Source: Chromatiales bacterium (lineage in GTDB: Bacteria > Pseudomonadota > Gammaproteobacteria > RBG-16-57-12). From it: 64,000 bases of DNA. Below the pieces are notes generated by a model. The model made no database searches and was not told where the DNA came from. It saw nothing but the letters and a program-made list of their open reading frames with translations. Positions 38,236 through 45,653 of this stretch are shown piece after piece. Within the stretch, counting starts at the first letter, position 1. Every line of letters starts with the position of its first letter. Location: contig JALSJH010000022.1 of NCBI GenBank assembly GCA_026989455.1, forward strand, positions 29,146 through 93,145, read 5' to 3'. The position numbers were made by a program, and so were the translations under genes.

Positions 38236-39741
38236 ATGTTCAACAAAAAGACAAAAAGCAGGCGTCCAATGCAACGGCAGCAGTCGATGCAGCGGAGTGC
38301 GCAGCCCCCGGGCCACGCGTTAGCCAGTGGCACTTTGTCGAATAATGCACTGCACCCGTTTACCCGCAGTGCTGAAAATAGCCGCCTGTTTGCGTATGAG
38401 CAGCAGGTGAAGCAGGCATTTTCAGCTATTGAACCTTTTTTGCAGCGTCTTTCGGCGATGCAACATGAGGCCGATTTTGAGGCGCGTGCCCAGCAGCTTG
38501 CCAGTAGTGAGCTTGGATTTGAATTGCCAGCAACACTACTTGTTGATAGCTGGATTAAACCATTGGATATTGGTCAGCTTTACGCATGGTGCGTATTTGA
38601 GACCTTCCGCAGCATGTCGGATGATTTTTTTGATAGCAAGCCGTTGGCGGATGGTGATGATGCAGAGTTTCAGGCATTTTTAGAGCAGTGTGGCTTTCAT
38701 ACATTGGATGTTTCGCCCTGCGCTGATGGTCGTTTGGCTCACGTTATTCGTTATGTGTTACGTCTGCCATATAGAGCAGTCCGTCGTAAATCATATGCGG
38801 GTGCCATGTTTGATGTTGATGATAGCTTGCAGAAGTGGAGTGAAACGGAGATGCGTCGCTACCGCGAAGGGTATCCGAATCAGGCGGATGCGCCGACCCG
38901 CTATCTGAAAGTTGCAGTTTACCACCACAGCTCAAGCCAGCCCAACTGCGAAGGATGTGCAGCGCATGGCAGTGATACTCAGCGAGCGGCAGATGCCGCG
39001 CTGGAGCGTCTAAAGGATTTTCGTCAAGCTGTGGAGAATAGTTTTTGCTGTGGTGCATCAATCGACTTGTTGCTGATTGGCCTAGATACGGACAATGATG
39101 TGATTCGCCTGCATCTACCTGATGCCGATGGTGAAATAGACGCTTCGAGCTATATCGATGCGGCTGAGCTGCATCAGGCAACAAAAAGTGCCTCAACGAG
39201 CGGTGCTGAGACAGTTATTAGTGAGTACTTAAAAGCACAGAGTAGCTCGTTGCCCAGCGAAGGCATGGTGCAGTTGGCAGCCCGTCTTTTGTGTGGCAAT
39301 TTGTCACAAATTGATTATGTGCGCCAGTACCACAGCGGCTGCTATCAGGATATTGGGCATCAAGAGTGTTTCATCGGCATGGGAATCGGTTTTGAAGAGG
39401 TTCAACTGCGCAACCTAACTTACTTCGCCTATCTGCAAACGGTAGAAGAAGGGGCTAAGGATATGGATGTGGGTATCAAAATCTTCACTGGGCTGAATGC
39501 CAACCGAGGTTTGCCGATTCCAGTGGTGATTCGCTATGACTATCACAGCCATGTGCCGGGCGCGAGAGCGCGGGCTGAGGGGCGTTGCCATCAGATGGAT
39601 GCAGCGCTACGCAGCCGCTTTAGTGAGTACGCTGAGCGCGGCCTTTTGCACACCTTGTTGATGGTGCGGGATTGCAGTAACGATGCCAAAGCGGAGACGG
39701 TTGGTAGTTCTCTGAAACTAAATGAACAGGTAGCTCACTAG
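38236..39741 (+). CDS. csoSCA: Carboxysomal carbonic anhydrase CsoSCA (CsoS3)
   Basis: About 500 aa, at the canonical position after csoS2. Cys/His-containing catalytic region. Confidence 0.85.
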   Translation: MFNKKTKSRRPMQRQQSMQRSAQPPGHALASGTLSNNALHPFTRSAENSRLFAYEQQVKQAFSAIEPFLQRLSAMQHEADFEARAQQLASSELGFELPATLLVDSWIKPLDIGQLYAWCVFETFRSMSDDFFDSKPLADGDDAEFQAFLEQCGFHTLDVSPCADGRLAHVIRYVLRLPYRAVRRKSYAGAMFDVDDSLQKWSETEMRRYREGYPNQADAPTRYLKVAVYHHSSSQPNCEGCAAHGSDTQRAADAALERLKDFRQAVENSFCCGASIDLLLIGLDTDNDVIRLHLPDADGEIDASSYIDAAELHQATKSASTSGAETVISEYLKAQSSSLPSEGMVQLAARLLCGNLSQIDYVRQYHSGCYQDIGHQECFIGMGIGFEEVQLRNLTYFAYLQTVEEGAKDMDVGIKIFTGLNANRGLPIPVVIRYDYHSHVPGARARAEGRCHQMDAALRSRFSEYAERGLLHTLLMVRDCSNDAKAETVGSSLKLNEQVAH

Positions 39742-39992
39742 TGAAAATTTGTAAGGTTGAAAAACCCCTGGTGGCGACAAACCGCATCCCTGGTATGGAA
39801 CACAAGCATCTGCAAGTTGTGCTGGATGGAACTACCCGTATGGTCGCTGTGGATGCAGTTGGTTGTAATCCGGGTGATTGGGTGATTTGTGTAGGCAGTT
39901 CTGCTGCTCGTGAAGCGGCTGGAAGTAAAGAGTACCCGAGTGATCTGACTATTGTTGGCATTATCGATTATTGGGGTGAGGCCGCGGACTGA
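39741..39992 (+). CDS. csoS4A: Carboxysome vertex (pentamer) protein CsoS4A (EutN/CcmL family)
   Basis: 83 aa, KICKVEKPLVATNRIPG..., with a GTG start overlapping the csoSCA stop. Confidence 0.85.
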   Translation: MKICKVEKPLVATNRIPGMEHKHLQVVLDGTTRMVAVDAVGCNPGDWVICVGSSAAREAAGSKEYPSDLTIVGIIDYWGEAAD

Positions 39993-40282
39993 TGGAGATC
40001 TTGCAAGTGACGGGGTCACTGGTTTGTACTTTGCGCCACCCGGGGCTTTATCAAAATAGCTTGCGGGTGTTGCGAAGCAGTAGTGGCAAGTTGCAGGTTG
40101 CAGTAGATACCTGCGGTTGTCGTGATGGCAACTGGGTGTTCGTAGTGAGTGGTTCTGCCGCACGTTATGCATGCGGAGATCCGACACTGATGACTGATCT
40201 TACGATTGGTGGGATTATCGATTTTTGGGATGAAGAAACAGGACAGACGGAGCCGTCTGCCGAAGGTAGTGCTCTAAGTTAG
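39992..40282 (+). CDS. csoS4B: Carboxysome vertex protein CsoS4B
   Basis: Paralog of CsoS4A (MEILQVTGSLVCTLRHPGL...). The ATG overlaps the csoS4A stop. Confidence 0.85.
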   Translation: MEILQVTGSLVCTLRHPGLYQNSLRVLRSSSGKLQVAVDTCGCRDGNWVFVVSGSAARYACGDPTLMTDLTIGGIIDFWDEETGQTEPSAEGSALS

Positions 40283-40336
40283 GGTGCGAGAATTTTAAAT
40301 TAACAAGTAACGATTTACCAAGACGGAGATAGAGCA

Positions 40337-40639
40337 ATGAGCGAAAACAATTATGGTATTGCACTGGGCATGATTGAAACACGCGGTTTGGTTCCTGCTA
40401 TTGAAGCAGCAGACGCAATGACTAAGGCTGCTGAAGTACGCCTGATTGGACGTGAGTTTGTTGGTGGCGGTTACGTGACCATTCTGGTTCGTGGTGAGAC
40501 TGGCGCTGTTAATGCTGCTGTCCGTGCGGGTGCTGATGCCTGTGAGCGTGTGGGCGATGGCCTGGTTGCTGCTCACATCATTGCACGTCCACACAAAGAA
40601 GTTGAGCCTGTGCTGAGCATGAGCATTGGCGCTAGCTAA
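40337..40639 (+). CDS. csoS1: Carboxysome shell hexamer protein CsoS1 (BMC-H), copy 1
   Basis: Canonical BMC domain (YGIALGMIETRGLVPAIEAADAMTKAAEV...). Confidence 0.95.
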   Translation: MSENNYGIALGMIETRGLVPAIEAADAMTKAAEVRLIGREFVGGGYVTILVRGETGAVNAAVRAGADACERVGDGLVAAHIIARPHKEVEPVLSMSIGAS

Positions 40640-40685
40640 ACCACCCTGTAACTTTAAATTTTTTGATTAATGAAGGAGTATCACC

Positions 40686-40976
40686 ATGGCAAATGAAACA
40701 TATGGTATTGCACTGGGCATGATTGAGACCCGCGGTTTAGTTCCTGCTATCGAAGCAGCGGACGCAATGACTAAAGCGGCAGAAGTACGTCTAATCGGAC
40801 GTGAGTTTGTTGGCGGCGGTTATGTGACTATCTTGGTTCGTGGCGAAACAGGTGCTGTTAATGCAGCTGTTCGTGCAGGCGCTGATGCTTGTGAGCGTGT
40901 TGGTGATGGCCTTGTGGCAGCACACATCATTGCGCGTCCGCACAAAGAAGTTGAGCCGGTACTTGGTAGCAAGTAA
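40686..40976 (+). CDS. csoS1: Carboxysome shell hexamer protein CsoS1 (BMC-H), copy 2
   Basis: Core is identical to copy 1 at the protein level. It differs at the N- and C-termini and at synonymous sites. Confidence 0.95.
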   Translation: MANETYGIALGMIETRGLVPAIEAADAMTKAAEVRLIGREFVGGGYVTILVRGETGAVNAAVRAGADACERVGDGLVAAHIIARPHKEVEPVLGSK

Positions 40977-40991
40977 AGGCAATACGGCGAT

Positions 40992-41047
40992 GAGTCGGGA
41001 TATGACTGGAAGTTCTCCCTCTTTTTTATTCCAGTCATCTCCGACTC
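40992..41047 (+). other. Long intergenic hairpin between csoS1 and the bfr-like gene (attenuator/terminator candidate)
   Basis: gagtcgggatatgactggaa ... ttccagtcatctccgactc is a near-perfect 19-bp inverted repeat. The loop is T-rich. Confidence 0.5.
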
Positions 41048-41077
41048 AACATCGTTTATAGAGAGGCGTCTAAAATA

Positions 41078-41521
41078 ATGACACAGGATCCAGTAGTTCT
41101 CGGATATCTGGGACGCGCACTAAGCTTTGAGTTGTCTGCGGTACAGCAGTATATGTCGCTGGCAAAATTATTAGAGCTACGTGGTATGCCTCAGGCCGGG
41201 AAAAAATTCCGACATGAAGCAATGACTGAGATGGAGCATGTAGAGCGCCTGATTGGTCGAATGCTGGCTTTGGGGGTTTCACCCAATACCAGTTGTCTAA
41301 AACGCCCGCGCCTTAACGGTGCATTGCCAGAGCTGATTAAACACATCAGTGATTTGGAGGGTGAGATTATCAACTTTTATGAACAGGCGGTGCTCTATTG
41401 TAGCCAACGCCAGGATCATGAAAACCGAATTTTTTTTGCAGCATTGCTCAAAGATGAGCAGCAACATGCTACTGAGCTTAATAGCTGGTGGCAGGACATC
41501 ATGGAAGGTAAAGCCATTTAG
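41078..41521 (+). CDS. Carboxysome-associated bacterioferritin-like (ferritin-fold) protein
   Basis: Ferritin-like four-helix motifs (E..E..H). This position is typical in alpha-carboxysome operons. Confidence 0.8.
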   Translation: MTQDPVVLGYLGRALSFELSAVQQYMSLAKLLELRGMPQAGKKFRHEAMTEMEHVERLIGRMLALGVSPNTSCLKRPRLNGALPELIKHISDLEGEIINFYEQAVLYCSQRQDHENRIFFAALLKDEQQHATELNSWWQDIMEGKAI

Positions 41522-41541
41522 CATATAGATAGTTGAGTTGA

Positions 41542-41832
41542 TTGAGGAGAGACACCATGGGCTTGAATTGGAGTTTGCGAAAAAACCCAGTACGCCTTGA
41601 ATGCCGTGTTGAGTTTTCTGATTATGATGAGACTCGTGATTTTCTTGATCGGGCTGCGGAGTTAGCGGAAAAGCAAGGGTATTATCCTGATATGAGCTTT
41701 GGCCGGACTCACGTCTCAATAACACTGAGTCCGTTGGATGACTCAGGTGTCATCAGTGATGAGTTGAAAAACTATGCCGATTTGATGGATGAGTTGGTTC
41801 CCACTGAGCAGATTGTCGACCAAACCAAGTGA
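41542..41832 (+). CDS. Pterin-4a-carbinolamine-dehydratase-like protein (acRAF-type RuBisCO assembly factor)
   Basis: PCD fold signature (GYYPDMSFGRTHVSITLSPLDDSGVISD). Follows the bfr-like gene, as in other cso operons. Confidence 0.75.
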   Translation: MRRDTMGLNWSLRKNPVRLECRVEFSDYDETRDFLDRAAELAEKQGYYPDMSFGRTHVSITLSPLDDSGVISDELKNYADLMDELVPTEQIVDQTK

Positions 41833-41854
41833 TTAATGGCAAAAGGATAACAAA

Positions 41855-42154
41855 ATGACTGTTAATGAAAAAAATGTGGCTGGCTCAAAAAGCTCCACAG
41901 CAGCCGCAAAGCCCGCGACCACAAAGAAAGCCCCGGCAGTTACCAAGCCGCAGGTTAAAAAAACGCCCTCCGCTAGCCGCACTAAACCAAAACCTTCAAC
42001 CGCTACGGTCGCGCCCAAGAAGCCTCAGGTTAAAAAGCCGACTTCTGCAGCCGCAACAAAATCACCTGCCAAAAGAGTGACTCCCCGTACTAAGGCTCAG
42101 CAGCCAGAAAGTTCAGGCTCACTCTCTGCTTCTCGCCGGGTTTGGCCTGACTAA
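41855..42154 (+). CDS. Lys/Pro/Ala/Thr-rich, intrinsically disordered basic protein (McdB-like or histone-H1/AlgP-like)
   Basis: 99 aa of low complexity (KPATTKKAPAVTKPQVKK...) ending ...RRVWPD. RBS aagga 8 nt upstream. Last gene of the cso operon. Confidence 0.5.
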   Translation: MTVNEKNVAGSKSSTAAAKPATTKKAPAVTKPQVKKTPSASRTKPKPSTATVAPKKPQVKKPTSAAATKSPAKRVTPRTKAQQPESSGSLSASRRVWPD

Positions 42155-42185
42155 GATAGTAAACGTGTTGTTGCGTTGATAATTC

Positions 42186-42326
42186 GTAACTATTCAGTGT
42201 GTTTAGATTTTGCTTCAAATCAAGGCATTTTCGCACGGAGAGAGGGAGCATATAGGAGGTGTGTGACCGATTGAGTACGAAAATAACGAAGAGTTGAGGG
42301 AAAAGATGAATACGCTGAGTAGTTAC
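42186..42326 (-). mobile_element. MITE-like element, copy C (inverted), with an 8-bp target-site duplication GATAATTC
   Basis: Reverse complement aligns full-length to copies A and B. Flanked by a perfect direct repeat gataattc at 42178-42185 and 42327-42334. Confidence 0.75.
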
Positions 42327-42428
42327 GATAATTCATATGTACGGTTTTGTTTATAACGAAACCATCACTGTCCAGAGATAATGTAGGTTGTTTAGGCGCC
42401 GCCTAGCAGCGAGTGTAAGGAGCTAAAA

Positions 42429-43469
42429 ATGTCGAATCTGAGCAATTTACTGTTACCCGCAGTACTGTTTTTTGCGCTTGGTGTCATCGCTAGATTAATC
42501 AAGTCAGATCTTAAATTCCCCCCTGACCTAGCAAAGGTTCTATCTATTTACCTATTGATGGCGATAGGTCTGCATGGTGGCTATGAGTTGGCTAAGGCTG
42601 ACCTAGTGATCGCTATGAACTCCATTATGTGGGCGCTGATTCTGGGCTTTACCTTGCCAATAATTGGCTATCTAGCACTGGTGATGACGCGTAAAGTTAA
42701 CCCACTGGATGCCGCTGCAATCTCGGCTCATTATGGTTCAGTGAGTGCTGGAACCTTTCTTACCGCAATCGCCTATCTTGATAATGTCGGTGTTACTTAC
42801 GAAACCTATCCATTGATCATGTTGGCAGTAATGGAGTCACCTGCGATTGTTGTAGGTTTGATCCTTGCCGCCAAAGCGCGTCATAGTATTGCTGCTCGTG
42901 AAAAAGCACCCATCTCGGGTGGAGGCGCTGATCTTACAACCACAGCCGTGGCTGCTGACAGCCCAGGCGGGAAGTTTACTGATCTTCTCCGCGAGGCCTT
43001 TACTAATGGCAGTGTAGTGGTGCTGATAGGCTCAATGGTTATTGGTGCTATCTCTACGCCAAGTGGCATGCAGCAGCTCTTCCCTTTCATCGATGAGATC
43101 TTCATGGGCGTGCTCTGCTTGTTCTTGTTCGATATGGGTATGGTTGCGGCACGTCGTATTGGTGACTTCCGCCAAGTGGGGTGGTTGCTGGCTCTATTCG
43201 GGATTGTTATGCCACTTTTTGGCGGCGTGATAGGTGCCTATGTTGGCCACTCTATTCTCGGCTTTAGTGTCGGTGGCGCAACGTTGGTTGCGGTGCTGGG
43301 TGCCAGCGCATCTTATATTGCGGTGCCGCCTGCTATGCGACTGGCAATACCAGAAGCTAATCCATCGTTTTATCTAACCCTCTCATTGGGAATAACCTTT
43401 CCCTTTAATGTTATAGTGGGTATACCCATTTACCACAGTTTGGTACAGGCAATGGCCGCAGCCGGTTGA
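42429..43469 (+). CDS. sbtA: Sodium-dependent bicarbonate transporter SbtA family permease
   Basis: About 10-TM permease with an SbtA/DUF897-like inverted-repeat architecture. Followed by a PII-like sbtB. Confidence 0.8.
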   Translation: MSNLSNLLLPAVLFFALGVIARLIKSDLKFPPDLAKVLSIYLLMAIGLHGGYELAKADLVIAMNSIMWALILGFTLPIIGYLALVMTRKVNPLDAAAISAHYGSVSAGTFLTAIAYLDNVGVTYETYPLIMLAVMESPAIVVGLILAAKARHSIAAREKAPISGGGADLTTTAVAADSPGGKFTDLLREAFTNGSVVVLIGSMVIGAISTPSGMQQLFPFIDEIFMGVLCLFLFDMGMVAARRIGDFRQVGWLLALFGIVMPLFGGVIGAYVGHSILGFSVGGATLVAVLGASASYIAVPPAMRLAIPEANPSFYLTLSLGITFPFNVIVGIPIYHSLVQAMAAAG

Positions 43470-43506
43470 GGCTGCTCTGCCCAATAGACTAATAAGAGGT
43501 GACCTA

Positions 43507-43827
43507 ATGATAAAGTTGTACCCTGAAAAGCTGCTGAGTATTATCACCAATGACTCGATGCAGGAACGCCTAGAGTGTATGTTCAAAAAATATGATATTT
43601 CTGGTTTTACCATTTTGCAAGCAACTGGGGAAGGCTCCTCAGGAATGGAATCAGCAATGTCTGGCTTTGATGGTAATATTCTGGTGAAAGTAATCGTCAC
43701 CGAGAGCCAGTTGCAGATCCTGCTTGAGAGCGTTGAACGTAAGTTGCAAAAAGGTTACCACCTTACGGTTTTTGTCTCTGATGTTGAGGTCATCACGCCT
43801 GAAAAATTTAAGAACAGATCGAAGTAG
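43507..43827 (+). CDS. sbtB: PII-like signalling protein SbtB
   Basis: 106-aa PII-fold protein (FKKYDISGFTILQATGEG...) directly downstream of sbtA. Confidence 0.8.
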   Translation: MIKLYPEKLLSIITNDSMQERLECMFKKYDISGFTILQATGEGSSGMESAMSGFDGNILVKVIVTESQLQILLESVERKLQKGYHLTVFVSDVEVITPEKFKNRSK

Positions 43828-43861
43828 CATTGGAAGTACCGTTGTATTTGACTGGAAATAG

Positions 43862-44881
43862 ATGATGACCGAACAGCGTGACTCCAGATTTAAAGATGGG
43901 TTGCCGGATTACCTGATTCGTAATACTACCTTTAGGCAGATGCAAATTTTTGAAGCGGTAGCGCGCTTGGGCAGCTTTACCCGTGCCGCTGAAGAGCTTT
44001 TTTTGACACAACCCACGGTCTCCACGCAGCTCAAGAAAATGACAGATGTGATGGGTTTACCGCTACTCGACCAATCATCTCGTCAAATTAAACCGACTGA
44101 GGCGGGTGAGGAGCTTTACCGCGCTGTACGGAGGATTTTTGACTCCTTGTCTGACCTTGATACGCGGATAGCGGCACTCAAGGGGTTGCAGCATGGCCGC
44201 TTGCGTTTAGGGGTTATCACCACCGCCAAGTATTTTGCTCCAGAGATATTGGGCGATTTTTGGCGTGAGTATCCAGGTGTGGATATTTCGCTAAAAGTGA
44301 CCAACCGCAACCGTATCATCGAACGCATTCAAAATAATGAAGACGACCTCTATATTTTGGGGCAACCACCGGATAAAGAGTTTAATCTTGCGGCCTACCC
44401 ATTTGCACCTAACCCGATGGTGGTGATTGCGGGAAAGGATCACCCCCTCTACCAGGAGTCCAGTATCTCTCTTGAGCGCTTGGCTGAAGAGCCTTTTATC
44501 TCACGAGAAGTTGGCTCAGGTATCCGCGATACCACAATGAAACGGTTTGCAGAGCATGGGCTATCACCCAATATTCGCATGGATTTGGGTAGTAATGAAG
44601 CGATTAAACATGCGGTAATCGGTGGCTTGGGGGTGGCTATTCTCTCCCTGCATACGCTGGTGTTGGATGGGGCAGATGGCCCACTTGGGGTGCTTGATGT
44701 TGAAGGTTTCCCCATCGCCAGAACGTGGTACCTTGCGCATCCAAAGGATAAAGAGCTCTCTCCTATGGCGCAGACTTTTCTCGATTTTGCTAGGGCGAGC
44801 GAACCGGTTATCAGTGAGCGCATGCGGAGTTTGTACGCGCAGTTTTCTGCCCGCCACAAGAGTATAGCGACTACTAAATAG
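43862..44881 (+). CDS. LysR-family transcriptional regulator (CbbR-like) embedded in the CCM cluster
   Basis: N-terminal HTH (FRQMQIFEAVARLGSFTRAAEELFLTQPTVSTQLKKM) and a LysR substrate-binding domain. Confidence 0.9.
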   Translation: MMTEQRDSRFKDGLPDYLIRNTTFRQMQIFEAVARLGSFTRAAEELFLTQPTVSTQLKKMTDVMGLPLLDQSSRQIKPTEAGEELYRAVRRIFDSLSDLDTRIAALKGLQHGRLRLGVITTAKYFAPEILGDFWREYPGVDISLKVTNRNRIIERIQNNEDDLYILGQPPDKEFNLAAYPFAPNPMVVIAGKDHPLYQESSISLERLAEEPFISREVGSGIRDTTMKRFAEHGLSPNIRMDLGSNEAIKHAVIGGLGVAILSLHTLVLDGADGPLGVLDVEGFPIARTWYLAHPKDKELSPMAQTFLDFARASEPVISERMRSLYAQFSARHKSIATTK

Positions 44882-44933
44882 TAGAGCTAAGCAGAAATAA
44901 TCTTTGAAATTTTCGAGGCGATAGAAGCGCAAT

Positions 44934-45575
44934 ATGATCAAGTTACGAACCTACATATTTATTGATTCGCTACAGCCTCAGCTAGCCGTCTATCTTGGCA
45001 CTGTTTCACAAGGCTTTTTACCTGTACCGGGCGATGCCTGTTTGTGGATTGAGGTTGCGCCAGGTATGGCCGTGCACAGGCTCACTGATGTCGCGCTTAA
45101 ATCCACCCGTGTCCATCTAGGTCAACAGGTTGTTGAGCGAGCTTTTGGCTCAATGATTTTTCACCATCGTGACCAGAGTGACGTTATTGAGGCGGGTAGC
45201 TCGGTTTTAAACCAGCTTAAAACCACTGAAGATCAACGTCAAAAGTGTCGTGTCGCCTGGAGTGAAGTGGTGCGCTCGATTACACCCGATCACGCGGTGT
45301 TGATTAATCGTCAAGATCGTAAAGGCTCGATGATTCTGCCTGGGCAGAGCCTGTTTATTTTAGAAACCGAACCAGCGGGCTATATTGTTTATGCGGCCAA
45401 TGAGGCGGAAAAGGCGGCAAATATCACTCTGGTTGACTGTCGTGCAGTGGGTGCTTTTGGTCGACTCACCCTTGCAGGGAAAGAGGCCGATATTGATGCG
45501 GCAGCCCACGCTGCAGTGGCTGCGGTGCAACGTCTCTCTGGGGTAGTTGCCCATGCGCAAGTTCACCACCACTGA
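44934..45575 (+). CDS. csoS1D: Tandem-BMC-domain shell protein (CsoS1D-like pseudohexamer)
   Basis: Two degenerate BMC-like domains. The second contains [29 protein letters not shown]. Confidence 0.65.
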   Translation: MIKLRTYIFIDSLQPQLAVYLGTVSQGFLPVPGDACLWIEVAPGMAVHRLTDVALKSTRVHLGQQVVERAFGSMIFHHRDQSDVIEAGSSVLNQLKTTEDQRQKCRVAWSEVVRSITPDHAVLINRQDRKGSMILPGQSLFILETEPAGYIVYAANEAEKAANITLVDCRAVGAFGRLTLAGKEADIDAAAHAAVAAVQRLSGVVAHAQVHHH

Positions 45576-45653
45576 TTTGACCTGAGTCAAGGTTGTTTTA
45601 GGCCAATGTGATTGACTGTTCTACCTCTCTATAAACTTCTGTAGGGTATATGT

